From: Trichoplax adhaerens
Lineage: Eukaryota; Animalia; Placozoa
Direction of reading: 5' to 3'
DNA length: 64,000 bases
NCBI RefSeq assembly: GCF_000150275.1
Contig: NW_002060970.1
Span: forward strand, 456,197 to 520,196
The notes below the pieces were generated by a model, which saw nothing but the letters and a program-made list of their open reading frames with translations, had not been told where the DNA came from and did not search any database. Every line of letters starts with the position of its first letter. The first letter of the stretch is position 1. Below are positions 38,922 through 52,316 of the stretch, in pieces. The translations under genes were made by a program, and so were the position numbers.

Positions 38922-40614
38922 TCTGGCAAATAAAGTAATAGTATATTACGTAGTGTAGAACTGTATGTCTTGAATTACTCTTAATTAATTACGGCATGAA
39001 TGATGAAACAGTTCACATGTAATATGTGATATGTGCTATAGGCTTAAGAACCCGTGCATTATAACACTGGGTTTTCAACTCTCTTAGGTTTTCAATCTGC
39101 TAACTTGAAGTTTGAGTTATTAAATGAAGTAAATCTCTAATTTGACACAAGTCATAGGGACTACTAATGAGAAAATTCTATCTTTAGCAATCCTTGAAAA
39201 TAGGTCTGACGCCACTTATAAACTTTAATAAATCATTTATTATTAGCTCACCTTTTGGATTAGAATCTATGTTTTCTTTATCTTCACAATTGAAATAAAC
39301 TAAAATTTACTATGGTCACCTACAATTCCATATAACTTATTCAAATCACCATTGCGTTAGTATAATACTCAAGAAGAGAATTTTATGTTGCTGTCAGCTA
39401 TGACCTCTTATATTTATAATATGAATAATGCTAATGTGCTGTTTATACTTGCCTACGCGACATAAATATGCTATTTTCTAAATGTACGTCAACGATAAAA
39501 GTATTATTTTAAATATTGTAACAATTGCTACTATGGAAACTAATGATTAGTTTCATTGCTAAGCAGAAAAAATATATTTTCGTATTATCATAAATTTAAG
39601 TCAGATTTTATTGTTGCTTTAGCTATTAATAATACTTATTCTCTTACTAATAGGAAAATCTTTTCAATACATACGATGCCGAATGAAATACAATAAAAAT
39701 TTATCACTTTGAATCATTGTCGCGGTCGTTACGAAAGCCGTGAAACTTTTATGATACATATTCAAAAGGATTTTCAAATCACGAATAATTGTATTTCAGT
39801 TCGCAAAATAACTACTTAGTGTTAAATTGTCATTCAAGTAAAGCGAGTATATTGCATTAGTTGAAATGGTAGTATTATGCATGGAAAAGCAAAGATATTG
39901 TAAATACGATGAAATTTATCTTAAAGTAGAATTTAAATTTTTGTTGATTGTAGATTACATTGTTTAAATGTTGGTTCTCCTCTAGTGAATACTTTCATGC
40001 ACTATTATAGCTATTATCTTAATCAATCAATTTCGTCGTTCTTTTCATCTACTAAAGCAACCAACTGATCCTTTTCCAAATTCATAGACAACACTTTCTA
40101 TATAATTAAAGATTACGCGAGTATATTTACCGATTTATTTGAAAAGGTAGAGTCTGTCATCATAGTTCATATGTCTCTATATTATTAACAAGAATATCCT
40201 TTCGTCACTAATAATGGCTTTTATACATTTGTTGCTATAGCATTCTGAAATTATATCGATAAATTATTATCTAATTCAATAATAGTCGAAATTTCAATTT
40301 TCTAATAATCCTTAGCTGTGTTATCAATCGAGAGGAGCTTTTCATTCTAATGAATTACTATAATTCTACGGTACTGTTTAACATTAAATGACCTTTTGTG
40401 CGTGCTAAGCGAATTATGGATGGCTGATTACTAACGAAATAGTTAGAGTTTCTCATTATTTGATTTATGGGTGGATTTAATATAATAAGGAGCCATACAG
40501 TATATCTTTATCAATTGGTTCTTTATAAATAGATTCTTTCTAATTTAGCTGCTTAAGATGCGTAAAGCTTGCAATTACTGAAATTTTGAAGAGATAAATC
40601 CTCACATATACGAT

Positions 40615-41688
40615 ATGGACTTTAACTCTACTATAATGTATCTAAACTTTAGCAAAATTCCCGTCGATAGAAATCTAACTACGAAAAATTCCAATGGCTC
40701 TAGTACAATCACATTGGCTGCTTTACCTTTTACGCTCTTTCTCTGCTTTGTCGGTATCGTACTTAACAGCATCATTTGTTACACGATTATTCGTCGTTCT
40801 AGTCTTCATGTTCCTACATATATATTCATATGTAATATGGCAATATCCGATACGCTTGCGTTAGTAGGAGTGATTATTTATTCGTTTATGACCGCTATAG
40901 CTGCCGGTAACTCCGGGTATTCACAATTTCTTGAAATTGGTTGCAAAGGTTCAATTTACTTACTTATTGTAAGTTTTTCTGTTTCTACTATTTCGTTAGC
41001 AATCATTGGTATAGATCGTTATATTATTATAACCGACCGTAAAAATGGACAAGGTCTTAGTCCGCGACAAAAGTTGAAGATTAAATTAATCATATTAACA
41101 TGCTGGCTATACTCTTTAAGCATTGGCATACCTATCATTTTTTTTCTCTATGTACCACAAGACGGCTCATTTACTTGCGATACTCGAAATTTCGGTCCAA
41201 ATTATAACGTTCCATTTATGATGGTATATTATATATTAAACTATGTTATGCCTGTAATTATCATGGTCATTGCATATATAAAAATAGCACGATATATACA
41301 AGCTAAAACAGCCAGTGCAACAGAAGCAAGTCAAGCCTTCTGCGCTAATCGTAATCACACGAGTAGAATAATTAAAATGATGGTTACGGTAACTATATTG
41401 TATATGTTATCTTCTTTGCCATATATTATCGTCTTAATAGCATCATCATTTAGTGGATTGTCATTGGTAGGATATATTAATTCGGTTGATTCTGTCTCGC
41501 AATTTATTATACGTTTTGGATTGGTTTTAAGTACAGTTTCCGCCGTGCAAAATCCTATTGTGTACATTTACTACAGCGAATCATTAAGGATTGCACTGCC
41601 AAAATTTAATATTCTTCGAATAACACATTACCGTAGACGAAGCCTATCATCTTCAAATCATGTTCTAGTTCAACCAGCAAGACACTAG
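40615..41688 (+). CDS. Intronless class A GPCR, 357 aa
   Basis: LHVPTYIFICNMAISD, GIDRYI, SSLP, NPIVY. Confidence 0.95.
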   Translation: MDFNSTIMYLNFSKIPVDRNLTTKNSNGSSTITLAALPFTLFLCFVGIVLNSIICYTIIRRSSLHVPTYIFICNMAISDTLALVGVIIYSFMTAIAAGNSGYSQFLEIGCKGSIYLLIVSFSVSTISLAIIGIDRYIIITDRKNGQGLSPRQKLKIKLIILTCWLYSLSIGIPIIFFLYVPQDGSFTCDTRNFGPNYNVPFMMVYYILNYVMPVIIMVIAYIKIARYIQAKTASATEASQAFCANRNHTSRIIKMMVTVTILYMLSSLPYIIVLIASSFSGLSLVGYINSVDSVSQFIIRFGLVLSTVSAVQNPIVYIYYSESLRIALPKFNILRITHYRRRSLSSSNHVLVQPARH

Positions 41689-42358
41689 TCTTAGTATATT
41701 TCTAGTATTGTGATCTCTAACCATTTACTTACATGCTAGTACTTAATTTTTTCTGACTTTTTTAATATTTCAAGTATTATATGTGCAGTTCTAAAAATTT
41801 AAACATTTCACCACTGTTCTAATTCAGCATCATCTACTTCACTAATTATAAGAGAATGATCTCACTTATCTATTTTTAAATTTTGCTCTTACTTCCGAGA
41901 GGATATTCAATTAATACCGAGTATTGGGGCGACATAAGTACAGTACATTATCGATAAATTTCGCTTTAATATTAATCATCGGCGCAAGCAGACATTAACA
42001 ATACATTAAATACTAATTGTAATATACCGATTTATAGCTGTTACTACGATAAGATTGGGAATCATTTTTATTATTTATTAATGGTTATACTACAGACTTT
42101 TACTTTGTATTATACTAAAAGACTAATTTGGCCTTTCCTTTCATTTCAATTTACCTGATGACAGCAACATATCTGTACATGATGCTTCTAGTAGGTTTTA
42201 ATATCTTATGATGAAATTCTATCTCAATTTCGATAAAAACTATAACGTTGTACTTTAAAGATTGTTAGCTACCGTCTGTAATGTAGTATATTCAGATTTG
42301 ACTTAGTTTCTGATAAATCTTGCTTCTATCGTATTAAAATCAGAACATTGTTTAAGAG

Positions 42359-42921
42359 TGTAATTTAACTTAGTATTGTGATTGTAGACTGTTAGCTATG
42401 TTTAGTATAATGTACGGTAGCGTAACTTCTATATTTATCCTGAGAGATATTTGGTAGCTATAACTATAGACTGTAGTGGTATGGACTCTATGCTAGAGTA
42501 CAGATCACTACATACAGTAATGTGTTGAGTTACTAATAAGGCAATAGGTAAAAATTGAACTGTAAATCATATATTAGGATATGGTTAATTCATTGTACTT
42601 TGGCTTATATGAATAATGTCTACGTAAATATTGTAGTCGTATCCATATCGGATTAATGATGGTCCGCAGTAGAGTAGTGTTACTAAGAATAGTTTAACTA
42701 TGTGTAAAATAAGGTAAAAGGTTGTCATGCGGATTGTAGCTGTTAATGCTACGAAAAGTATAATAGCATGCAACTTTAGATTATTCTATTAGTTCGTTCT
42801 AAAAGTCTTTAGAAGTAGTATTAGGTTAGAGTAGAGCTGTGTGTAGTTAATCTTTGTATAAGATTCAATAAAGCCCTTGTTTTTCTAAAAATTTGGAATT
42901 TCGCGATCGATATATATCACA
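42359..42921 (+). mobile_element. Solo LTR family A
   Basis: TGTAAT...ATCACA; perfect TSD AAGAG. Confidence 0.92.
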
Positions 42922-45332
42922 AAGAGTCTCATTGTCTATTATAGAACTTAAGTCCTCGTTTCCTAGCTAATACCTTCATATCTTACATTTACTTTGCCAG
43001 ATTGAAAACCTTAAGTATTTTAACATCTTTCACTAGCTTATATATCTAACTTGAATATAAAGTAATTTCTGCGGCTAAGTTTTATAATATTAAAAATCTA
43101 GCTAAAATATATGAATTAATTAGTCACAGCTATTGACATCACGACGCTATTTGAACTGAGATAAAACCTAGACCACATTCAAAACCGAAATTAACTTATT
43201 ATATAGATCGTTATTGGATTGTGTTCTGGCCTTTCCTTAGAAACTGTTGATAGAATAGCCAAACATTTATACTGCATAAAAATAAATAAATAGTGTATTC
43301 GTAGTACGTTACTGATATATTTATTGACAAGGTAACACTTAGATTAATTTATAAATACGGGTATACGATCTAGATTTAATGATTTATCTTTTTATAATAA
43401 CAGTATGGGATTTTTATTTGCTCGAGTATTTCTTGATTACCAAGTCCTACTGTTATTGTTAGTGAAATTGATACTTTGAATATTGTTTTAAGAACTTAAA
43501 ACCCTAAGGATAATCTTCAATCCTGTTATATATTTATGCACAAATACATCTAAAGAGTGAATTATACTTCAGATCTCTTTATTTTTAATCTATTCCATAA
43601 ATATATGTGAAAGAAAAAATTTGGCATCCACACTAATACCTGGGATATCATAAATATCAGTGTTTCTATCTTCATACAAACATCAAATGTTACCATGTGC
43701 TTAATTTTGTTCAAAATGTTAGATATTTAAATACCAATTTTTTAGATATTTGTAACGGTCGATAAATTGAACTAATTTACGACTAAAATCTAAGCAAGTA
43801 ATTCATACTGATCGGTAAATTAGAGTAGCATTGTTTACTCCACATTATAGATATGATTTTATTAGTTGCCTATAAATAATTTGTTTAAGATTACAAAAGT
43901 GAATTCGCGAAAAATAGAGCTAAAGAGTGCACTATGCGGTAAATTTCTGTTTACGTTATTGGCTACTATTAGCACCAGCCTACCGCTACTGCAATTTAAA
44001 GTAACTTCATATATGACTCGTGATCTTAAAATTACTTTATGAATTTCTGTCATCATTACAAATAAAGTCTCTTTCACATTTCGATACCATTTGATGAGCC
44101 AAGATTTCGTTTTGATATTAATAAAGCAACAGCTATAAATATCATCTGAATGACTCCAAGATAGACTTCAGTAAATTGCTATTACTTCAAATCCATTACA
44201 CATTACGCGTTAGTAAGTCTGTGGCGCTTTTCAAATATGGATTTCGAAACATTCAGAGGCTAATTCGTGCTGAAAAGACCATGCAGTTAATATTTTTAAT
44301 ATTGGAGTAAAATATTACAGAAGTAAAGCTATTTGGATTAGACCATCACTTTATAAATAACTCTCCTGCTGTTCTCTAGATTACATTTGTTATGTTATAT
44401 ATTAATTAAATAAGCTATTCTGAAAGATCTATTCTTTTAGCCGCTTCTATTAGTCATATAGTAAGCATGCATGATTTTTCTTTCATGGAATCTTGTATCA
44501 ATTTGATTAGATTATATCTTTTGTCTACTTTATAATCTAGGGCCATTTCTTCAAATAGCATTGAAAAATTTTAATTTTTTATTAATCTTTCATAATTTCT
44601 AGCTATTATTACGGACTTTGAATCTCACGATACGTAACATAAGTAAATAATGACACTTTTCCTAATCAACTTTGCTAGAACATGATCGGTGTTTAGTAGC
44701 ATTTATAAACTCTAAAGAAAGGCTGGCATTTCTTAATTAATAAACACTTTAATCCTGCATGACGTCAATTGCTGATATTAATTACGTATATATCAAACAA
44801 TTTCCAAGATATTCTAAATTATGCAGTACTATGTAAATCAGGTTATTGAAGCTTTGTTGCTAAAATAATTGCACATAATCAAATTCAAACATTTCTAAAC
44901 CATCGCTTCTAACCTTTTTTTGGTGGTATATCAAATCTTTTCTTGGATAAGCTGCAAGGTGTTTATCAACATGATCGTCTAAATATTAATTCGAGTAATT
45001 AGTTTACTCAAATTTATCGATTAAATACTGAAGATAGACCTAATTGCGTGACGTAATATTGTTATTGCAAGTGGAAACATTTGTGTTTTATCTTTTATAA
45101 CGACTTACTTGATCACCATTCTTGATGTTAAAATAGAATATGACTCATATCTGACATTCTATATGGCTATATCATATTGTCATTGAACATTTCTTAGTTG
45201 ATGATCAAATCATTAATTATTTTCTTCAATTAATGTATCACTATCATTCATATCTCTGAAACGTTACTGAAATGATGCAGAGAAATATTATTTGACGATC
45301 TTGTCAATTCACATTCCATTTCACGATGCAAT

Positions 45333-45887
45333 TATCACAAACTCAGCTTTGTGATCGTCTAAACTTCACTACTAGCTACGTTAGGACTCCTATTAATTAA
45401 GGAGAAATACCGTGAGTTTGACTAACTACAGACTCATAAGTACTATGAGTGGCTAGAAGGTTGTTTAGCTTTATCAGTTTTATTCTAAGAGTACCCGAAA
45501 AGTATAGACCTTATCGTACAACAAAGAAATAACAACTACGCCGCGATGCACCATCTGTTCGGCCTTATACACGATCGCCACACGTTGGTGCTGCAGTACA
45601 GAGAAACATGTCTTATATCATTTACTTACATTAGTATGAGAAACAAAGACATGAATCGCAAAATGACTCAGCATAGAGTCCAGTTGTAAACAACATTAAT
45701 TATATTATTCATAACACCTCAAGCTGGATTAAATAAACAAGATTGGTGCTAAGTTAAGACTAGCAGTTAACATCGCCATCGTATTACAATTAATTCCGAT
45801 TTCCATTAATATTTAATGTAAATATGCAATAAACAATTTTAGGAGGATTACAAGCTAACCTACAAAATATAACGAGAGCATCGCACA
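45333..45887 (-). mobile_element. Solo LTR (family H)
   Basis: t(a)TCACA...GCACA; perfect TSD GCAAT; empty paralogous site at ~60330. Confidence 0.8.
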
Positions 45888-46061
45888 GCAATTTACCCTA
45901 TGTCTTCCTTCATTAGTTCATTACATAAAATATTACAGTAAGACCTTAGCATACGGAAAATTCTCTAGAATACTATACTTCACGTTATCTTAGTATTATA
46001 AACTGTCATAGTACAAATTGAAATCGNTCAGTGATTANCAAATAAAAGGCTTTNAATGAGT

Positions 46062-46649
46062 TGTGACGGAGCTCGCTCCGAAATGAATAATATTNTGATC
46101 TAAAATGTGTAACAATATTATTATGGAGGTTGCCGATCTCGGCAACAACCTAGTTGTTAATTGAGTTTTGTTATTAATTATCCTAGTAATATACAGCGTG
46201 GATATGGTGTTAGCAATTAAGATGTCAAGCTGTAAAGATTATTATGTTAGTTAATAAGGTGCTAATTAATAATATTAATTTGTGACAAGTGATAAGTAGC
46301 ACTCGAACTAGTCGAATCTATAGTAAGCCTGTATGGATCTGTATTGCACATTCTATAATTTAATGTGAAAGATTAGTACCGATCTTATTTGTGTGATATA
46401 TGAAACTGTATATAAGCTTGATCATTACTTTTTAATCTGAGTTTCACGAAGGCTACGCTAGAGTACACTGGTACTAAGTTGCAATAGCTGGTAATAAAAT
46501 ATTTAATAACCTAAACCTATCGTTGGACTCGTTGTCTATGGTATAGGAATAAGTTAGTTTTCCTTTACTGAGGATCTCCGGAGTTAGTCGGGGAACCTTA
46601 AGAGTAGATAGACTAGTTTAGGTACGTTCACGAAAGTTGTTTTGTGACA
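46062..46649 (+). mobile_element. Solo LTR (single copy in window)
   Basis: TGTGAC...GTGACA; perfect TSD TGAGT; gtatataag then aataaa. Confidence 0.88.
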
Positions 46650-47723
46650 TGAGTAAAATAATTTTGAAATGTTGTCCAGCTTGCTACGTATTCTTTGCCT
46701 AGTGTCGACTTTGAAAGGGCATTAAATCTTTCGTAAAACAATTATAAGGTAATTAAATGGATCAATATAGACTTATTAGGCAGTAACTATAGCAATTGCG
46801 ACTCTTATTGAATTAAAAGGCCTATTTCAGTTCATTAAGGTAAACCAATGGATCTCAAATAATATATACCTCAGTACTTCGATCTCCCAAAATTTGTGAG
46901 GCTGCCGCATAGTTAGCTGGATATGTAAAGGTGATCAAAGATATTTCAAGAGTTTCCTACCTTTTTCAGGTATATATCAAAACGTAAATTTGGTATCACT
47001 TCTAGATTTAAGTCTTTCATATCAAAGTTCGCGATATTTGGCAGGTCTAGTGTGAAAGCAAATTCGTAAATGTTTGAATGATAAAGATTACGGCAGTACA
47101 GTATAGATAAAGCAATAGTTACTTCGCTAAAATGGATAATAACACGAAAATTTGTCTGGACAAATAGCTACAATGCAATAAGACATGATAAGTCAGTTAA
47201 TTGAATTAGTTTAGCTAATTATCCATCGGAAAGTCACATCTCATCGCAAATGCTTTTTTAATCTTTAAGTTGGCCTTGCGTAAAATAATGTTTAAGTTAT
47301 ACATCTTCACTTTACACATTGACTTAATTAAAATCATGTTGTCCTTATTTGCAGTGCCATTATAATGCGACACCGTCAAGTATAGAGTTGAGAACTATAA
47401 CACGTGATTTGGATTCGAATGCTAAGTCTTTAAGATTTTTTCCATAAATCTATAAATTATTCAATCACTTTTACTTCATAAATGATTTCTTAATGTGATG
47501 TTTGCGTCAAATTTTCATTTTCAACAGCAATAACAACAGTGCAATAGCATTTGTTATAATCTTGCAAACATGCACAATGATTGAATTACAATTTTAAAGT
47601 AAAACTTCCAATTTTTACAATGCCAATCTGTGACAAATAACTTAATCAATTAATTGATTAAGAAATTATAATGCTAGATTTTTATCGTTATATTGCTTCT
47701 GTAAGCTTTTAGTCTTTATCACC

Positions 47724-48706
47724 TGCGACAAAATCCGATCATGAAAATTCAAATTGGTAGGAAATTAGAGCTTTATTATATCTAATACAAAGATTAGTGT
47801 AATAAAGTGTCTATCGAAACGCAACGACTTCCACAACTTGAAGGAAAATCACTTTATTACAATAATTACGTCTTCTACCAAGGACTAGATTATCTATGGC
47901 TGCTCTGTCTTCGGAGATAAAATCTCCTGCTTATATACAATTGTGTACAGAGTATCTTCGTGACACATAAATCATTATCTACCTTAATAAGGCTAACATC
48001 ACACCTCTAGCGTACCTGGAGGTGCCAAGCAGTATGACTAATAACTTTTACAATCCGTATTGCAATTACTAATACAAATCCTCATATATTTAATCTCACT
48101 CTACGATCTAGCACCTATACAAGGGTATCTATCTTAATTAGCCTAGTAATTACGTCATGCACGATATTCACACATACTGTATATAATCTTAAGCTATATT
48201 TGGGCTGCACTACAATTAGCTACACACAGCTCTACTCTAGCCGAATACAACTATTGAAGACCTCTAGAAATAAAAATCAGATATATAATGCCGCTTGCTT
48301 TTATACTCTTCGTAGCCTTCGCAGCTACAATCAGCATAGCAACATTTTACCTTATGTTACACATAATTAAATTATTATTAGTAACTCTATTTACAGAAGC
48401 CATCATTGGTGTAATATGCAAATGAATACAACATTTGCGAAGACATTATTTCTATTACTCAAAGTAGAATGATCTAATCGTATCCTAAGATTTGATTTAT
48501 AGTTCCATTTTTACCTCTAACCTTATTAGAGACTCAACATCTTATTGTATCTAGTCATCTGCACTCTAAGTAGCATAGAGTCTACCATTACAGTCTGTAA
48601 GTATAGGTTACTAAATACATCATAAGATAAATATGGAAACGGCACTACCGTAAATCATACTAGACATGGCTAATAATCTATACTCACAATACTAAATTAC
48701 TTTACA
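47724..48706 (-). mobile_element. Solo LTR family A (older) containing a nested LTR
   Basis: Family A sequence resumes seamlessly after the insert; flanks tcacc/ttacc. Confidence 0.88.
47798..48214 (-). mobile_element. Nested solo LTR (family E)
   Basis: TGTAAT...CTACA; perfect TSD ATTAG inside LTR A. Confidence 0.9.
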
Positions 48707-48801
48707 TTACCACCATATAAGAAATTAAACTAGTTAGATTTCATTATGCATTACATTACAAGCATATTATATTTGAAAATACCCTACTTCATTTTAATTT
48801 T

Positions 48802-48850
48802 ATGCACGATGGAAGGGGACTTTTATTAAATGTCCCCTTCCATCGTGCAT
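48802..48850. repeat. Perfect 19-bp inverted repeat with 11-nt spacer
   Basis: atgcacgatggaaggggac-ttttattaaat-gtccccttccatcgtgcat. Confidence 0.95.
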
Positions 48851-49689
48851 TTCTTATAATTTACCCTTCTGAGATAAGGACGAAACTAAGGACAGTTTCG
48901 TTTACCTTTCAACAACCTATAGATTAATTTATTGACTATAGTAAAATGAGAAGCATTCATACAACAACATTTTATGTTTTAATGTAACTATATCATATTA
49001 TACAGATTTTGTCTTAAGACTAACGTGGAAAACGTTAAAGAATATGCTATTCAGATAAGTTGTTTCAATATTATATTGAAACCATTCCTTGCAAATTAGT
49101 CAAATTTCATAAGCACTTACCATACGCATACTGCTTCTAATTATGTCCTTCAAATTGATTATGATTAATCAGACTATATAAGAATTTTTAGTTAAATACT
49201 CATTTATTTAATCAATTTTAATTTGTTAATCTTGAGACGCATGCATGATAAAGGCATATAATTTAACTTTAATACTAGTATATCTCAAGTTTAATAATGA
49301 AGTTATAAAAAGCAGCCTGCTCATGAAAAGTCAAATGGCTCTGATATTGCATAAACTTATAGACCATTTATCCTTACTCTATTTTCCAGCTATACTGGCC
49401 TGATAACCTACAACTTTATTATATTATACTGTTGGTTGTCCAAGATTTCATCTTCTGCATAAACTGTACATTTATAACCAATGAGACAATATCCCATATG
49501 CTACCATAAATAGGACCGATACACAGAATGTATAAATACCCTCCAAATTCCATAGATTAATCCATTTACTTATTTTTCGGATTGTATATTCCATAAAACT
49601 ACCGCAATAAAGTCATTTCGGTATCTACTATTACTAATTTGACGAGAACTACTAATAATTGTAAGTAGCAGCTCACCGGTACATTTATT

Positions 49690-49892
49690 TCTTAAAATAT
49701 ATACGGAGAAATATAACCATGAGACCTTGCATATCGTCTAGCAATGTTAATATTAAATATATTAATCCTTAATTTAGTACGCTTTTATGCTCATGATTAA
49801 TTACTTAGTTCTTCTGCCAAAGGCTTAATTTGCAAAGCGATTATCAAGACGAAAAATTATCAAACCAGCATTTCACGTAGCCTTTAATATGG
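49690..49892 (+). pseudogene. Degenerate GPCR 5' fragment (N-terminus to start of TM2), paralog of 58380 pseudogene; not in ORF track
   Basis: ttgcatatcgtctagc...aatccttaa...ttttatgctcatgatt...ggcttaatttgcaaagcgattatcaag...ctttaatatgg matches 58380-58592; upstream flanks are also homologous; ends at TGTCACA. Confidence 0.8.
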
Positions 49893-50393
49893 TGTCACAA
49901 AACAGCTACACGAAAAACTCTGCTATTGTGCCCTTCATCGAATGGATATTATTAATTGCTAAATGAGATAGTAGCTCATCTGCGTGAAAGTAAATTCGAT
50001 AGAATGTACAAGTATGTGTGAAAATTAAAAATTCTGGATATCAAATCATCGTTGAAAATGTTATATTGGGCATTTACTTTCGTTAAAATATCCGCATGTT
50101 GATCATCAAATTATTTTTCTTCTTTCTATGCGATCATAAATCTGATCCTAATCTTATTTAATCACTTTATCTTTTACCTGATTAATAGGTATATTTTTGC
50201 ATTGACTGCTGACATCGCTGACTTAATGATTTATCTCAGGATCTATTCTAAAATACTTGTATGTTAGAGAACGTTTATCATAACTTAATCGCCCTGGCTG
50301 TAATATTTTATCACTCTTACGTACAACCAAGTATTACTGCTCAAACTTTTATCTGACATAAAATGAAGCGATAACTGAATTGAAGCATTCTAC

Positions 50394-50728
50394 TGTCACA
50401 AACTCCCGTGTGACAAGATAACGTTGAGATCGAATCTACGATCTCGCAATACTTCGTACGCCTTCGATTCCCGTTATACTTTTAACCTTAGAAACTGAGA
50501 ACTAACTTTTATTAATTTGTCTAATCGTTTAAATAGATTTTATCTACAAGCTTTTACACATCTCTTAGAATACTACTAATCCAACTATAGATAAAAATGA
50601 CCTTTAGCATATCATAATTTAAGTCGTACCGTCTACAATCTATATCTGGTTACGTACTCCTCGGCTTACAATATTATAGTAGCCGCAAAGCATGTACTAT
50701 TTTGGTACGGTGAGTTAGCACCGTGACA
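50394..50728 (-). mobile_element. Short solo LTR (335 bp)
   Basis: TGTCAC...GTGACA; perfect TSD TCTAC. Confidence 0.88.
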
Positions 50729-52316
50729 TCTACAAGCTATATAATTAAAGCTTATTAATCGAAGAGTTAAAGACAGTCATTAATTTAATCCAATGAATAT
50801 ATTTCGGCACAGCATCATTATGTAAGCAAAAGTACCGGCGTGAATCAACTTTATTTGAACTTAACTTTTACTGGAATAAGAGATACTTTCACTTGTCATC
50901 CATTGCTCTTTTATCCTAAGTGTTATAATAAACTGATTTGCACCTGCATAATATGAATTAATTTCCTAGTTTTAATTGATAGAATTCAAGCCGTTCGTAC
51001 CTGATATTTAATGTACTACACATTTACCAACTTATCTACCAACTATGACTGACGTCCATTACCCCATTCTGATTATTGATTATTAATTATTTACACGTAT
51101 ATCAACGCGTTTAGTCACTCAAATCAATCGGCTGAGGAAATCTTCACTAAAGATCATTTCCTATAAATGGCTTTCTGGCAGATTCTAATAGAGAAATAAT
51201 TTCTACATACTTAAGGCAAAATTTCAATAAGCTATAAATCATGAGATTGAGATAAGGTATTACTGCATTTTAAATCTCCAAAGCTTAGAATATCATAAAC
51301 TGTTATGTTGCTTATACATCCTAGCTCTATAGCCTGTGGGTTCTAAGTGCTGCGCGAGAGATGCGTAGCTATCATTGGTACATCAAATGCTTTTACTGCA
51401 AAGAATCTAAAGTCAGAGGCTACAACGGATCGACCTCCTAATTGATACTTTGCAACTTGGAATACTGTCTCGGTCATTGCCAAAGTCGCAATTGTGCTAT
51501 ATACTCAAATAAAATATCAAGCTACGAAAGAATTGCATCTCAATCAACGAAAAGACTACATACTGTTAAATTGCTTTCGAAGTAAAGCAAGTTTATAGAG
51601 TTAGTTAAAATGATAGCTTTATGTATGGAAAAGCAAAGATATTGAACGATGGGACCTATTATTAAGAAGAATTTCAATTTTTTTATTGTACATTACCTTA
51701 TTCCAATATTAGATCTTCTTTATTGAATTCTTTTAAGCGCTATTATGACTATTATCTTAATTAATAACTAAATTGTTCCTTTTTCGAAACTCATAGACAA
51801 CATTATCTATATAATCAAAGACTACGCGAGTACGGCTGCCGATTCTATTGATAAGATAGAGTCCGTCTTCATGGTTCAATAATGTCCCTATTCATTATTA
51901 GCATACCCTTTCGTCACTAACAATGGCTGTTATACATTTGTTACTATAGCATTTTGAAACTATACCGACAAATAATTATCCAGTTCAGTGAATCTCGAAA
52001 AATTAATTTCCTTAATAATCTCTAGCGTATTATCATCTGAGAGGAGCGTTTTATTCGCTAAAATTACTGTAACAATTCTGTAGCATTCTTTAACGTTAAA
52101 TAATTTTCTATGCGTAATTAGCAAATTATGATTAGATTATTACTAAATGAATAGTTAGATCATCTATTTATTTGGTTGTAACATGGGTAAAACGTATAAC
52201 TAAGAGCCATGCAGTATATCTATGAAAATTGGTTCTTTCTAATTTAGCTATCTAAGATATGCAAAGTTTACAAGTATTGAAATTTTTTACAAGAGATAAA
52301 TCCCGAAATATCCGAA

